Shown here piece by piece: positions 9,560 through 20,762 of a stretch of DNA of 64,000 bases (position 1 is its first letter; every line of letters begins with the position of its first letter). Under the pieces are notes generated by a model. It worked only from the letters and a program-made list of their open reading frames with translations. It was not told the DNA's origin and searched no databases. The stretch is from Terriglobia bacterium (GTDB lineage Bacteria > Acidobacteriota > Terriglobia > 20CM-2-55-15), in assembly GCA_963664115.2 (NCBI GenBank), contig CAXWPJ010000009.1:672001-736000 (forward strand), given 5' to 3'. The position numbers and the translations under genes were made by a program.

Positions 9560-10489
9560 CTAATCCTGAATGGACGGCAGAACGTCTTTAGCGAACCATT
9601 CAATTTTCTCTCGACGCTCGGGCCAGCGGCCTTTCATGAACTGAAGCGCCATGTGTTTCACGCCGATGTCCTTGAACTTCTGCAGCGCCGCGATCAACTG
9701 CTCTGGCGTACCCTCGAGTACGTCGTCCTGCTGGTCCACCGGATCCTTCGTGATCTCAATGGGACGACAGCAGCAAAGGTCGACCTGACCTTCCCTTCCG
9801 AGTTCAGCGGCTGCGGTCTGAACCCTGCCGTATTTGGCCGCAAGATCTTCAGCAGAAATTCTCACGTGGTAAGAGAACCATGCGTCGCCATACTTGGCGG
9901 CACGTTTTACTGCCGCTTCACTTTCTCCCCCCGTCCAGATCGGAAAGCGAGGTTTCTGGACCGGCTTCGGGTTGACCGCCAGCTCAGCAAACTGGTAGTG
10001 CTTTCCGTTGTAGCTCGGCTTCTCTGACTTCCAGAGGAGGTTGAAGATCTCAAGCTGCTCATTGCCCATCGCTCCCCTCTTCTTGAAGGGAACACCCAAG
10101 GCGTTGAATTCTTCGATCATCCAGCCAATCCCGGCGCCAAGGATCATCCGTCCGTTTGAAAGCGTGTCGATAGACGTGGCAACCCGGGCCGTGTAAAGCG
10201 GGTGCCGGAAGGGCAGGACGGCAACGCTGATACCGAGTTTGACTTTCTTAGTGACGCCGGCCAGGAAGGACAGGCAAGTCAGCGGCTCCAGGAAAGGAAC
10301 CTCGGGAGAGACGAACCACTGGGAGTTATCCTTGTAGGGATAAGCCGTTTCCATCTTCCAGGGATTAACAAGGCGTTCCGCCGCCCAAACCGAAGAGTAG
10401 CCCAGATTCTCGGCCTGCTGGGCAGCGTCAGTCAATACTTCTGGAACTGCTGCTCGCCCGGAGACGGGGAGAAAGACTCCAAGTTGCAT
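9560..10489 (-). CDS. LLM-class (luciferase-like) probably F420-dependent oxidoreductase
   Basis: AENLGYSSVW, LGISVAVLPFRHP, GRMILGAGIGW..EF, PKPVQKP..PIWTGG; next to cof genes. Confidence 0.88.
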   Translation of the reverse strand: MQLGVFLPVSGRAAVPEVLTDAAQQAENLGYSSVWAAERLVNPWKMETAYPYKDNSQWFVSPEVPFLEPLTCLSFLAGVTKKVKLGISVAVLPFRHPLYTARVATSIDTLSNGRMILGAGIGWMIEEFNALGVPFKKRGAMGNEQLEIFNLLWKSEKPSYNGKHYQFAELAVNPKPVQKPRFPIWTGGESEAAVKRAAKYGDAWFSYHVRISAEDLAAKYGRVQTAAAELGREGQVDLCCCRPIEITKDPVDQQDDVLEGTPEQLIAALQKFKDIGVKHMALQFMKGRWPERREKIEWFAKDVLPSIQD

Positions 10490-10951
10490 AAGGGATATGC
10501 CTCCTTCTTAAACATTAGCGAATTAGTGCTGTTGGCGAATCTTCGGCGAATCTTCAAATCACTCGCAGGTGTAGGAGGAGATAGGAGCTCTGCCGATCGG
10601 CCAGAATAGCAGATGCGCCGCATTGGGTGCAAGCGAGGGTAGCGGGCCCAAGCAACCGTGGGGCAGCACCTTCGGGCGTGCATTTTCAAGTGCTGGCACG
10701 ATCCGCTCACGCCACATGGTCATTCAATAAGGCGACTGGGGGAAACCATCTCCTCCGTCTCGTTTTCAATCACTTCCAGCCCCGTCCAGGCCCAACATTC
10801 CTGATATATACTGGGCGCGCAGTCAGATCAGCGGATAGCCGTCCTACGGGGCCGTCAGGAGCAAATCTGAATGTCGCCGGGTGGTCCCGAACCTGTTTTA
10901 AATGAGGCTGTTGGAGATGTTCAAGCGGAAGTCTGCGAGAGAATTACACAC

Positions 10952-13105
10952 ATGACCGGGGAGCGTCATCAGAGACCCGAGGACTGGGAAAAACTGGCCT
11001 CAAAGGAGGCCAAGGGCCGTCCTTTGAGTGAGCTTGACTGGCATACACCGGAAGGCATCGTTGTCAAGCCTCTGTACACGGCCCGGGATCTGGACCAGAT
11101 TGCCCACCTCGGCAGTCTACCCGGCTTTGCCCCCTACGTCCGGGGGACGAAGGCCACGATGTATACCGGCCGGCCATGGACGGTTCGACAGTACGCGGGT
11201 TTTTCAACAGCCGAGGAATCCAACGCGTTTTATCGGACTAACCTCGCCGCGGGTCAGACAGGTCTGTCGGTTGCGTTCGACCTTGCAACACACCGCGGTT
11301 ATGACTCGGATCACCCGCGTGTCGTCGGTGACGTTGGGAATGCCGGAGTCGCAATCGACACGGTCGAAGACATGAAGATACTCTTCGACGAGATACCGCT
11401 GGAACAGATGTCGGTATCGATGACGATGAACGGGGCCGTGCTGCCAATTATGGCCATGTACATCGTTGCTGGGGAGGAACAGGGTGTCAGTCCGGATCGA
11501 CTCGCCGGCACGTTGCAGAACGACATCCTGAAAGAATTCATGGTGCGGAACACCTATATTTACCCGCCCGGGCCTTCGATGCGAATCGTCGCCGACATCA
11601 TTTCCTATACCGCCCGGAACATGCCCAAATTCAATTCGGTGTCCATATCCGGCTACCACATGCTGGAAGCCGGAGCGACCAGCGTGCAGGAATTGGGTTT
11701 TACTCTGGCCGATGGCGTGGAATACGTCCGCGCGGCGCTCGACAACGGACTGAAGGTCGATCAATTTGCGCCACGACTCTCTTTTTTCTTCGGCATCGGT
11801 ATGAATTTTTTCATGGAAGTCGCAAAACTTCGGGCCGCAAGACTGCTCTGGTCGTCACTCATACAGGAGCTGTTTTCCCCCGAAGACCCCAAATCGTTGA
11901 TGCTCAGGACGCACTGCCAGACGTCCGGAGTCAGCCTGACGAGCCGTGACCCTTACAACAACATCATTCGCACGACCGTAGAAGCTATGGCCGCGGCTCT
12001 GGGTGGAACGCAGTCGCTCCATACAAATTCGTTCGACGAGGCGCTGGCGCTACCCACGCCGTTTTCGGCTCATATCGCACGCAACACCCAGTTGGTGCTG
12101 CAAGAAGAAACCGGGATTACCAATGTCGTCGATCCACTGGCGGGTTCCTACTACGTCGAGAGCCTGACCCATTCCCTGGTCGCAGAAGCCCGCAAACTCA
12201 TCGACGAAGTCGAGGATCTGGGAGGCATGACCCAGGCGGTCGAATCAGGCATGCCGAAGATGCGAATCGAACAGGCAGCCGCCCTTCGCCAGGCCCGCGT
12301 CGACCGCGGCGAAGAGGTCGTCGTTGGAGTCAACAAGTATCAACGTGCGGACGAACCCGAAGTCGAAATCCGTGACATCAACAATACAACTGTGCGCTCC
12401 GTCCAGATCGGGCGTCTGGAGACCGTTCGCAGAGAAAGAGACCCATCGGAATGCCAGGCTCGACTGGATGCTCTGACCACTGCAGCCGAAGAACGCGCCA
12501 CAAACCTGCTTGAACTGGCCGTCGGTGCTGCGCGGGCGCGCGCCAGCGTCGGCGAAATTTCTGACGCCATGGAAAAAGTATATGGGCGCCATCGGGCAGT
12601 TATACGCTCGATTAGCGGCGTCTACAGTTCGGCCTACGAAGGAGACAGCGGCTTCATGAAGATCCAGCAAGAGATCGAAGCGTTTGCGCGGGAAGAGGGC
12701 CGCCGGCCCCGCATCCTGATAGCCAAACTGGGTCAGGACGGACATGACCGCGGAGCCAAGGTAATCGCGACAGCGTTCGCTGACATCGGGTTTGACGTCG
12801 ACATTGGACCGCTATTTCAAACTCCGGAAGAAGCGGCCCGTCACGCCATCGAAAACGACGTTCACGTGGTCGGCGTGTCATCTCAAGCAGCAGGACATAA
12901 AACCCTGGTTCCCCAATTATTGGATTCGCTCAAGAAAAACGGTGCAGACGAGATCATCGTCGTATGCGGCGGCGTCATCCCACCGAAGGACTACGGCGCA
13001 CTGAAAGCGGCCGGCGTCGCCGCAGTGTACGGACCGGGAACGAATATACCGGCAGCGGCCGTCGAGGTGCTGAACCTGATTCGGGAAAGGCGAAAGGCTG
13101 CCTGA
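10952..13105 (+). CDS. scpA: Methylmalonyl-CoA mutase (fused catalytic and B12 domains)
   Basis: [11 protein letters not shown] (Tyr specificity residue), [29 protein letters not shown]; ATG at 10952 preferred over 10871. Confidence 0.96.
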   Translation: MTGERHQRPEDWEKLASKEAKGRPLSELDWHTPEGIVVKPLYTARDLDQIAHLGSLPGFAPYVRGTKATMYTGRPWTVRQYAGFSTAEESNAFYRTNLAAGQTGLSVAFDLATHRGYDSDHPRVVGDVGNAGVAIDTVEDMKILFDEIPLEQMSVSMTMNGAVLPIMAMYIVAGEEQGVSPDRLAGTLQNDILKEFMVRNTYIYPPGPSMRIVADIISYTARNMPKFNSVSISGYHMLEAGATSVQELGFTLADGVEYVRAALDNGLKVDQFAPRLSFFFGIGMNFFMEVAKLRAARLLWSSLIQELFSPEDPKSLMLRTHCQTSGVSLTSRDPYNNIIRTTVEAMAAALGGTQSLHTNSFDEALALPTPFSAHIARNTQLVLQEETGITNVVDPLAGSYYVESLTHSLVAEARKLIDEVEDLGGMTQAVESGMPKMRIEQAAALRQARVDRGEEVVVGVNKYQRADEPEVEIRDINNTTVRSVQIGRLETVRRERDPSECQARLDALTTAAEERATNLLELAVGAARARASVGEISDAMEKVYGRHRAVIRSISGVYSSAYEGDSGFMKIQQEIEAFAREEGRRPRILIAKLGQDGHDRGAKVIATAFADIGFDVDIGPLFQTPEEAARHAIENDVHVVGVSSQAAGHKTLVPQLLDSLKKNGADEIIVVCGGVIPPKDYGALKAAGVAAVYGPGTNIPAAAVEVLNLIRERRKAA

Positions 13106-13136
13106 CTCTCTAACGACAGGTTAATCGGAGACTTTC

Positions 13137-14669
13137 ATGCAAGACATCATTGATCAACTGGAACAGATGCGCTCCGCCGCAAAGCTGGGCGGCGGCGAGG
13201 ATCGTGTCCGCAAACAACATGCCAAGGGCAAGCTAACCGCGCGCGAGCGAATCGAATTGCTGCTGGACTCAGGCAGCTTCGAAGAGTGGGACATGTTTGT
13301 AGAACATCGCTCGAACGATTTCGGGATGAGCGACAACAAAATACCCGGCGATGGCGTTGTTACCGGGTACGGGACAATCAACGGCCGGCTCGTGTTCGTA
13401 TTCAGCCAGGACTTCACGGTATTCGGTGGATCACTGTCGGAGGCCCACGCCGAAAAGATCTGCAAGATCATGAAGCAAGCCATCAAGGTCGGTGCTCCGC
13501 TGATCGGGCTGAATGATTCAGGCGGCGCGCGCATCCAGGAGGGAGTCGCCTCACTGGGTGGCTACGCAGACGTCTTTCAGCAGAATGTGCTTGCCTCGGG
13601 CGTCGTGCCTCAAATTTCTCTGATCATGGGCCCCTGCGCTGGAGGCGCCGTATATTCCCCTGCAATCACCGACTTCATCTTCATGGTGAGAGACAGTTCT
13701 TACATGTTCGTGACAGGTCCCGATGTTGTTAAGACTGTGACCCATGAAGAAGTCACTGCCGAGGAACTCGGTGGCGCCGTCACGCACAACACAAAGTCCG
13801 GAGTCGCCAACCTGGCATTCGAGAACGACATAGAGGCGCTGTTGATGACGCGCCGCCTGGTCACGTTCCTGCCGCCGAACAACCGCAGCAAGCCACCCGT
13901 CTGGCCTACTTCCGACCCGATGGACCGCGTGGAACGGTCTTTGGACAGTCTGGTGCCGGACGATCCAGCGAAACCTTATGACATGAAGGAACTCATCACG
14001 AAAGTTGGGGACGAGAGCGATTTTTTTGAGATGCAACCCGAATTCGCCCGGAACATTATTATCGGGTTCATCCGCATGAATGGATCGACAATCGGTGTGG
14101 TCGCCAATCAACCGATGGTCCTGGCCGGTTGCCTGGATATCGATTCGTCGGTAAAGGCGGCACGATTCGTACGATTCTGCGACGCCTTCAACATACCGAT
14201 CCTGACGCTCGTGGACGTGCCGGGGTTCATGCCGGGCACAGCCCAGGAGTACGGCGGCATTATCAAGCAGGGCGCGAAATTGCTGTATGCATTCGCTGAA
14301 GCGACTATACCCAAGGTCACCGTGATCACCCGTAAGGCCTATGGAGGCGCCTATGACGTCATGTCCTCCAAGCATCTTCGGGGGGACGTCAATTTCGCAT
14401 GGCCGAGTGCAGAAATAGCCGTCATGGGCCCAAAAGGGGCCGTAGAGATCATTTTTCGCCAGGACATGGGCGACGCGGAAAAGATCGCGGAACGGACTGA
14501 AGAGTACCGGAAAAAGTTTGCGAACCCGTTCATCGCCAGCAGTCGGGGATATATCGACGATGTCATCATGCCGAGAAATACCCGTGCACGCGTCGCGCGA
14601 TCCTTCGCGATGCTGCGAGACAAGCAACTGGAAAATCCCTGGCGCAAACATGGAAACATACCTTTATAG
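13137..14669 (+). CDS. pccB: Propionyl-CoA carboxylase beta (carboxyltransferase) subunit
   Basis: [45 protein letters not shown] end. Confidence 0.95.
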   Translation: MQDIIDQLEQMRSAAKLGGGEDRVRKQHAKGKLTARERIELLLDSGSFEEWDMFVEHRSNDFGMSDNKIPGDGVVTGYGTINGRLVFVFSQDFTVFGGSLSEAHAEKICKIMKQAIKVGAPLIGLNDSGGARIQEGVASLGGYADVFQQNVLASGVVPQISLIMGPCAGGAVYSPAITDFIFMVRDSSYMFVTGPDVVKTVTHEEVTAEELGGAVTHNTKSGVANLAFENDIEALLMTRRLVTFLPPNNRSKPPVWPTSDPMDRVERSLDSLVPDDPAKPYDMKELITKVGDESDFFEMQPEFARNIIIGFIRMNGSTIGVVANQPMVLAGCLDIDSSVKAARFVRFCDAFNIPILTLVDVPGFMPGTAQEYGGIIKQGAKLLYAFAEATIPKVTVITRKAYGGAYDVMSSKHLRGDVNFAWPSAEIAVMGPKGAVEIIFRQDMGDAEKIAERTEEYRKKFANPFIASSRGYIDDVIMPRNTRARVARSFAMLRDKQLENPWRKHGNIPL

Positions 14670-14698
14670 AAGCAAGGCGATTTCAAAACAGTAACAAC

Positions 14699-16684
14699 AT
14701 GTTCGACAAGATCTTGATAGCAAACCGAGGCGAAATCGCCTGCCGGGTCATAAAGACTGCACGGCGCATGGGTATCCGCACAGTGGCGATTTACTCCGAC
14801 GCCGACAACGACGCGCTGCACCGACGCATGGCGGATGAAGCTGTTCGCGTCGGCGGCGCGCCCGCAGCCGAGAGCTATCTGGTGCTGGATAACATCCTCG
14901 AAGCCGCAAAGAAAACCGGTGCGCAGGCGGTGCATCCCGGCTACGGATTTCTTTCGGAGAATCCAGCCTTTGCGGAAGCTCTTGCAGGCACCGGAATCAC
15001 CTTCATTGGTCCGGGCATCAAAGCGATCACATGCATGGGCGACAAGATCACGTCCAAAAGACTCGCTACAGAGGCAGGAGTGAACACGATTCCCGGGTTT
15101 ACCGACACAATCGAGAGTCCCAACCATGCCGTTGAGGTCGCGCGTGAGATCGGCTACCCCGTCATGCTCAAAGCCAGCGCCGGAGGCGGCGGGAAAGGCA
15201 TGCGCGTTGTCACCAGCGACGAGGAAGCGCGTGATGGTTTCGAACGGGCGAGGAACGAGGCTCAGGCGAGCTTCGGCGACGGCCGCATCTTTGCCGAAAA
15301 ATTTATAGAAGATCCGCGACATATCGAAATCCAGGTCCTCGCCGATACGCACGGCAACACAATCCACCTGGGCGAACGCGAATGTTCCATTCAGCGGCGC
15401 CACCAGAAAGTCATCGAAGAGGCCCCGTCGCCGTTTCTGAACAAGACGACGCGCGAGGCTATGGGGAAACAGGCGGTGGCCCTGGCTAAAGCGGTCGATT
15501 ACTGTTCCGCGGGGACGGTCGAATTCATCGTCGACGCGAAGCGTAACTTCTACTTCCTCGAGATGAATACTCGCTTGCAAGTCGAACACCCCGTAACCGA
15601 GTTGGTGACCGGCCTGGACCTTGTGGAACAGATGATTCGTATAGCTGCAGGTGAAGAACTGGGGATCAGACAAAAAGACGTGGCGCTTAAGGGCTGGGCG
15701 ATCGAAAGCCGCGTTTATGCGGAAGATCCGTTTCGCAACTTCATGCCGTCCACGGGCCGGCTGGTACGATACCAGGCGCCGGCTGAAACCGAAGGCACAC
15801 GCGTTGACACCGGGATCGAAGAAGGCGGCGAAGTTTCGATCTTCTACGATCCGATGATTGCCAAAGTCATTACTTACGGCATTGATCGGTCACAGGCCTT
15901 ATCACGTATGGGTGACGCTTTGGACGCCTATTACATTCGCGGTGTATCCCACAACATCGGCTTCCTGAACGCACTGATTTCCCATCCGAGGTTTATCAAG
16001 GGAAAGCTGAGTACGAGTTTCATCGCGGACGAATACCCGGATGGGTTTCACGCAAGCGATGTTCCGCATGACGATCCAGGACTTCCTATAGCCGTAGCTG
16101 CTGCAATTCACCAGAAGCATATGATCCGGGGAGCGCAGTTGACAGGCCAGTTGCCCAGTCACGAACGCCAGGTCGATGAGAAATGGACGGTCATCATCGA
16201 TCAGGAACACTGGCCGGTCACGGTAACGTCAGTCGAAACCGGCTTCGAAATCCTCAACGGCACGAGCACTTACCAAGTGACGACCGAATGGAAAATCGGC
16301 GAACCCTTGTTCCGAGCCGAAGTGAACGGGCAAACCGTCTGTGTACAGGTCGACGAAAACGGCGCAGCCTACCGCTTGTCCCACCGGGGTTCACAGGTCG
16401 ATGCCCTGGTAATTACTCAAAAAGCGGCTGAGCTGAACCGTCACATGATTCCAAAGCAACCACCGGATCTGTCCAAATTCCTGTTATCGCCTATGCCGGG
16501 GTTGTTGATCCATCTTCCGGTGAAAGCTGGAGACGAAATCAAGGCTGGTGAGGAACTGGCGGTCGTCGAGGCGATGAAAATGGAGAACAGCCTGAGAGCG
16601 TCTGAAGACGTCGTCATCGCGAAGACGCTCGCTGCCAAAGGCGATAGCCTCGTCGTCGACCAAGCGATCGTGGAATTCGAATAG
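14699..16684 (+). CDS. pccA: Propionyl-CoA carboxylase alpha (biotin carboxylase and BCCP)
   Basis: ILIANRGEIA, HPGYGFLSEN, GGGGKGMR, EMNTRLQVEHPVTE, EAMKMEN biotin site. Confidence 0.95.
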   Translation: MFDKILIANRGEIACRVIKTARRMGIRTVAIYSDADNDALHRRMADEAVRVGGAPAAESYLVLDNILEAAKKTGAQAVHPGYGFLSENPAFAEALAGTGITFIGPGIKAITCMGDKITSKRLATEAGVNTIPGFTDTIESPNHAVEVAREIGYPVMLKASAGGGGKGMRVVTSDEEARDGFERARNEAQASFGDGRIFAEKFIEDPRHIEIQVLADTHGNTIHLGERECSIQRRHQKVIEEAPSPFLNKTTREAMGKQAVALAKAVDYCSAGTVEFIVDAKRNFYFLEMNTRLQVEHPVTELVTGLDLVEQMIRIAAGEELGIRQKDVALKGWAIESRVYAEDPFRNFMPSTGRLVRYQAPAETEGTRVDTGIEEGGEVSIFYDPMIAKVITYGIDRSQALSRMGDALDAYYIRGVSHNIGFLNALISHPRFIKGKLSTSFIADEYPDGFHASDVPHDDPGLPIAVAAAIHQKHMIRGAQLTGQLPSHERQVDEKWTVIIDQEHWPVTVTSVETGFEILNGTSTYQVTTEWKIGEPLFRAEVNGQTVCVQVDENGAAYRLSHRGSQVDALVITQKAAELNRHMIPKQPPDLSKFLLSPMPGLLIHLPVKAGDEIKAGEELAVVEAMKMENSLRASEDVVIAKTLAAKGDSLVVDQAIVEFE

Positions 16685-16690
16685 CGCGGC

Positions 16691-17689
16691 ATGTCGTCAC
16701 AGGATGCCAAAGAGCTCGCTTCGACCGTACTCGGGGGAGATCGCCGAGCGCTTGCCCAGGCCATCACGCTGATCGAGTCGACCCGCCTTGATGACCGTCA
16801 AGCGGCTCAGGTGCTCCTTGAAAAACTCGTTCCACGAGCAGGTCAGTCCCTTCGAATCGGAATTTCCGGTGTTCCGGGTGTCGGAAAATCCACGTTCATC
16901 GAAAGCCTCGGAAATTTCCTGATCGACGAGGGTCACAAAGTTGCCGTGCTCGCTGTGGACCCCTCTTCGGCAATAAGCGGCGGTTCGATACTCGGCGACA
17001 AGACGCGTATGGAGCATCTATCCAAGCGTCCGGAGGCGTTTATTCGCCCATCTCCTTCGGGAACAAAACTCGGCGGCGTGACCCGCCGCACCCGTGAAAC
17101 GATGTTGGTGGTTGAAGCCGCCGGGTTCGACGTATTGCTGGTCGAAACTGTCGGGGTCGGGCAATCTGAAACCTCTGTCTCGGAAATGACCGATATGTTC
17201 ATCCTGATGCTGTTGCCTGGTGGAGGTGATGAACTGCAAGGAATCAAGCGGGGCATCGTCGAACTCGCAGACCTGATCCTGGTCAACAAGGCCGATGGAA
17301 ACCTGTTACCTGTGGCCCAACGTTCGGTCGCCGACTATCGGAACGCGTTGCATTTGCTGCACCCGCGCAGCGCGCACTGGGAGGTTCCGGTTGAGGGCTA
17401 CTCGGCCCTCGAAGGCTCCGACACTTCCCGAGTGTGGGACATCGTCGAGCGATACCGGACGACGCTGTCAGACGCGGGCGAAATCGAACAGAAACGTGCG
17501 GACCAGGCAAGGGCATGGATGTGGAGCGAAGTTACAGACGCGCTCGTTGATGAACTTAAAGACGACCCTGATGTTAAGGCGCAGGTCAGCCAACTCGAGG
17601 AAGAAGTGACAAACGGTAAAACGTTGCCGACGGTTGCGGCGCAGGAATTGATCACTGCGTTCCTGAAACGCCAGATTGGAGGATCATGA
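16691..17689 (+). CDS. meaB: MeaB GTPase chaperone (copy 2)
   Basis: GISGVPGVGKST, GSILGDKTRM, ETVGVGQSE, GDELQGIKRG, NKAD. Confidence 0.95.
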   Translation: MSSQDAKELASTVLGGDRRALAQAITLIESTRLDDRQAAQVLLEKLVPRAGQSLRIGISGVPGVGKSTFIESLGNFLIDEGHKVAVLAVDPSSAISGGSILGDKTRMEHLSKRPEAFIRPSPSGTKLGGVTRRTRETMLVVEAAGFDVLLVETVGVGQSETSVSEMTDMFILMLLPGGGDELQGIKRGIVELADLILVNKADGNLLPVAQRSVADYRNALHLLHPRSAHWEVPVEGYSALEGSDTSRVWDIVERYRTTLSDAGEIEQKRADQARAWMWSEVTDALVDELKDDPDVKAQVSQLEEEVTNGKTLPTVAAQELITAFLKRQIGGS

Positions 17690-18090
17690 TCGGAAGGCTC
17701 AATCATGTCGCAATAGCGGTTCCGGATATCAACCAAGCGGTCGCCGTTTATGAGGGGCTATTGGGGGCCACGGTGTCGCCACCGGTCCGGCTCCCCGAGC
17801 ACGGTGTGACGACGGTCTTCGTTGAACTGCCAAACACCAAAATAGAATTGCTACATCCGCTGGGTGAAGGCTCACCGATAGAACGGTTTCTCGAACGCAA
17901 CCCTGCTGGCGGAATGCATCACGTTTGCTACGAAGTGGGAGACATTACCGTCGCCCGTGACAAGCTGACCGCGGAGGGCGCCAGGGTCCTGGGCAACGGT
18001 GAACCAACTATGGGTGCCCACGGAAAGCCGGTACTGTTTCTCCATCCTAAAGACTTCTGTGGAACCCTGATCGAGCTCGAGCAGGTCTGA
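17686..18090 (+). CDS. mce: Methylmalonyl-CoA epimerase
   Basis: LNHVAIAVPD, EHGVTTVF, GGMHHVCYEV, GAHGKPVLFLHPKD..GTLIELEQ. Confidence 0.95.
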   Translation: MIGRLNHVAIAVPDINQAVAVYEGLLGATVSPPVRLPEHGVTTVFVELPNTKIELLHPLGEGSPIERFLERNPAGGMHHVCYEVGDITVARDKLTAEGARVLGNGEPTMGAHGKPVLFLHPKDFCGTLIELEQV

Positions 18091-18128
18091 CGCAGCGATG
18101 AACGACGCTTGAATTGACCCTCCGGAGA

Positions 18129-19259
18129 CTATCCGAAAACGTAAAGGACGCCGTCCGTCGAGCCGATCACGACTCGGCCGCTGGCGATCGCTGGAGACGC
18201 CGTCAGATCCGCGCCCGTGTTGAACTCCCACAGCTTCGATCCCGTGGCGGCGTCGAGCACATACAGTCGACCATCACTGGAACCGATGTACACGCGACCG
18301 CCCGCGATTGCGGGGGAGGAATCGACTCGCGCACGTGTCTCGAAGGTCCACAAAGATTGGCCCGTAGCCGCGTCGATCGCATGCACGAACTTATCCCGTC
18401 CGCCAAGAATAATGCGGCCCTGGGCCAATGCTGCGGAAGAGTAGTAGGGAAACTCTCTGTTCGGATTCCTGTAACGCCAGACAACTCCGCGACCAGTCAA
18501 ATCGAGCGCGAGCACTTCATGCTCGAAGGTCCCGAAATACGCGCGATCGCCGCCTATCAAGGGTGAAGCCGCCGTATACGCACCGGCGACGATCTGGTAG
18601 GCCTCGGTCCCATCTGCAACACGCACGGCACGAAAGATTCCATCGCACCCCGCTATAAAGGCCAGCCCGTCGGCGACCGCGGGTGTCGCGTGCACCATGT
18701 TGTCGGTCTGAATTTTCCAACGGAGGCTGCCGTCATTTGCGTCGAGGGCATACAAATGGGTGTCGTAGGAGCCGATAAGCACGAGATCGTCCACGACTAC
18801 AGGTGACGATTTGATCTCCCCATCGGTTGTAAAGGCCCACACCCGCTTGCCGTCGCCAAGGTTCACCGCGTGAACAATTCCGTCGAGATCACCGACGTAG
18901 ACGGTGTCTTGACCGACCGCCGGGGAAGACTCCATGATGAAACTCCCAGTGGAGTATGCCCACTTGAGTTCTCCAGAATCCAGGTCGAGAGCAAGAAGGT
19001 CACCGTTGCCGACGCCAACGTAAACAACACCGTCCGCGACCGCGGCTGATGAATCGATCGCGTCACCCGTTTCATAGCTCCACAACAGTTCCAAACTGCT
19101 GGGAGGGTTCGTGGCCGCGACACCTGTAAGGGAGGGGTTGCCCCGGAATTGATTCCAATCGCTACTCCGAGTTCCGGGCTGCGTCTGAGCGGACGCAAAC
19201 GTTGTCACGCTCGCGAGGAGCAGAAGAACGGGCAGCTTCAACATCACGCCGGACATCAT
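18129..19259 (-). CDS. Exported PQQ-like (BamB-like) beta-propeller protein
   Basis: Signal peptide, WNQFRG, repeated SSP..V..G..YALD...G...W blades; start uncertain (19259 or 19301). Confidence 0.85.
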   Translation of the reverse strand: MMSGVMLKLPVLLLLASVTTFASAQTQPGTRSSDWNQFRGNPSLTGVAATNPPSSLELLWSYETGDAIDSSAAVADGVVYVGVGNGDLLALDLDSGELKWAYSTGSFIMESSPAVGQDTVYVGDLDGIVHAVNLGDGKRVWAFTTDGEIKSSPVVVDDLVLIGSYDTHLYALDANDGSLRWKIQTDNMVHATPAVADGLAFIAGCDGIFRAVRVADGTEAYQIVAGAYTAASPLIGGDRAYFGTFEHEVLALDLTGRGVVWRYRNPNREFPYYSSAALAQGRIILGGRDKFVHAIDAATGQSLWTFETRARVDSSPAIAGGRVYIGSSDGRLYVLDAATGSKLWEFNTGADLTASPAIASGRVVIGSTDGVLYVFG

Positions 19260-19281
19260 GGACTTTATAGCGTTACCTCGA

Positions 19282-20745
19282 TTACTCGACCGACAGCGCA
19301 AACAGCTGGTTGCGGTTGTTCATGAACAACGCGCCGTTCGCCGGGACGACCGTCGAATACACGGCACTCCCCATATTCATTTCAGCAAGCACAGTCTCGT
19401 TCCGTCCGTGGGCGAGGACGACAACGTCGCCATCCTCGTCTCCGATATAGACCTTGTCGTCAACGACGAATGCTGAGCCCCAAACCGATGCAAACGTATC
19501 GTGAACCCAAAAGGGCTCTCCGGTGGTCGCATCGAGACAATGCACAAAGCCGCTGAAGTCCGCGATGTAGACCAAACCATCAGTGACAGCAGCCGTGGAA
19601 ACGGAACGGCGGATGTCCTCGTAATGCCAGATTACACCGCTTTCTGTGATGTCGCCTCGCCCCGTAGCATCGAGAGCGTAAAAATGCCCGACACCTTCCC
19701 CGTGCTCGGGGTCCTGCCCGTTAGCGATGTATACACGGTTCTCATACACCACCGGCGTTGAAATGACTTCATTGCGCGTTCGAGGCCACACCGAGTCCTT
19801 GGGATTCGTGTCAAACTCCCAGAGCTTTTCACCGGTCTGGGCCACGTATCCGCGCACCCACCCGTCACCCTGGGCTGAAACCACCTGGACGACACCATCG
19901 ACCTCACCTACAGCCGGGGTAGACCACTGTCCGTGCAGAATCCGATCCTCGACGGAGTTATCTTCCCAGACCCACTCCCCCGTGTCTTTGTTGATCGCCA
20001 CAATCGACGGTGCAAACGGAGATGGAACGTTGACATGACTCTCATCGTGACCGTTGGATGTGCTGACGAATATCAGATCGCCCCACATGACTGGAGACGA
20101 ATTCGACAAGTTATGGGGGTAGGCACCGACCTCTTCCAACATGTCGAACTCCCAAAGGACATCGGCATCGAATTCTCCAGTGCGTCCCTCATCAGTGATC
20201 GCACCGTCGTTTTCGCCGTCCCGGAAACCCTGGATGTCCAGCGCGGTAACAACTCCACGATTCGTCGTGTAAAAGAGGCGATCATCCACAACGAGAGGTG
20301 AGGAGGCCACGCCTTGAAACGGCCAGTCGTTTACCCGTCCCGCCTCCAGCTTCATGGTCGTCTGCTGCCAGAGGAACTCGCCGTCGGACTCTCGAAACGC
20401 CATCAGTACACCGCGATCCCCTGGTTGCTCCGGATCACGCAGTAATTCGTTGTTGGTACCCACGAACACCATGCCTCCGGAAACAACCGGATTGCCATAG
20501 CTCTGCGAACCCAGATCGGCCACCCATTTAACATTCCTTCCGGTTTCCACGTCCCAGTCGCCCGGCAGTCCAGTCATTTCCGACACCATGTTGCGGTCCG
20601 CAGTTCCACCCCACATAGGCCAGTCACCGTTTCCGGGTTCTCCCGACTGTGTTGGCGCCGACGCGCTCTCAAGGGCGAAACCCAAAGCGATGATGAGAAT
20701 TGCAATAGGCCTTGAGTTCTTCCAAAAGCGCCTGTATCCGTTCAT
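19282..20745 (-). CDS. Exported PQQ-like beta-propeller protein
   Basis: Signal peptide, DWPMWGG..RNM, SYGNPVV, tryptophan-docking repeats. Confidence 0.85.
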   Translation of the reverse strand: MNGYRRFWKNSRPIAILIIALGFALESASAPTQSGEPGNGDWPMWGGTADRNMVSEMTGLPGDWDVETGRNVKWVADLGSQSYGNPVVSGGMVFVGTNNELLRDPEQPGDRGVLMAFRESDGEFLWQQTTMKLEAGRVNDWPFQGVASSPLVVDDRLFYTTNRGVVTALDIQGFRDGENDGAITDEGRTGEFDADVLWEFDMLEEVGAYPHNLSNSSPVMWGDLIFVSTSNGHDESHVNVPSPFAPSIVAINKDTGEWVWEDNSVEDRILHGQWSTPAVGEVDGVVQVVSAQGDGWVRGYVAQTGEKLWEFDTNPKDSVWPRTRNEVISTPVVYENRVYIANGQDPEHGEGVGHFYALDATGRGDITESGVIWHYEDIRRSVSTAAVTDGLVYIADFSGFVHCLDATTGEPFWVHDTFASVWGSAFVVDDKVYIGDEDGDVVVLAHGRNETVLAEMNMGSAVYSTVVPANGALFMNNRNQLFALSVE

Positions 20746-20762
20746 GAGCTCTGCCTTTCTTA

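Noticed and set aside
10500-10950. Cobalamin riboswitch upstream of the mutase operon
   Set aside because: Expected from context, but I could not find the conserved GGGAA/ACTG/GGGAAG elements in the right arrangement; an Rfam scan would settle it
13551-15673. Long minus-strand ORFs (366 and 440 aa)
   Set aside because: Antisense to pccB and pccA; typical GC-rich shadow frames
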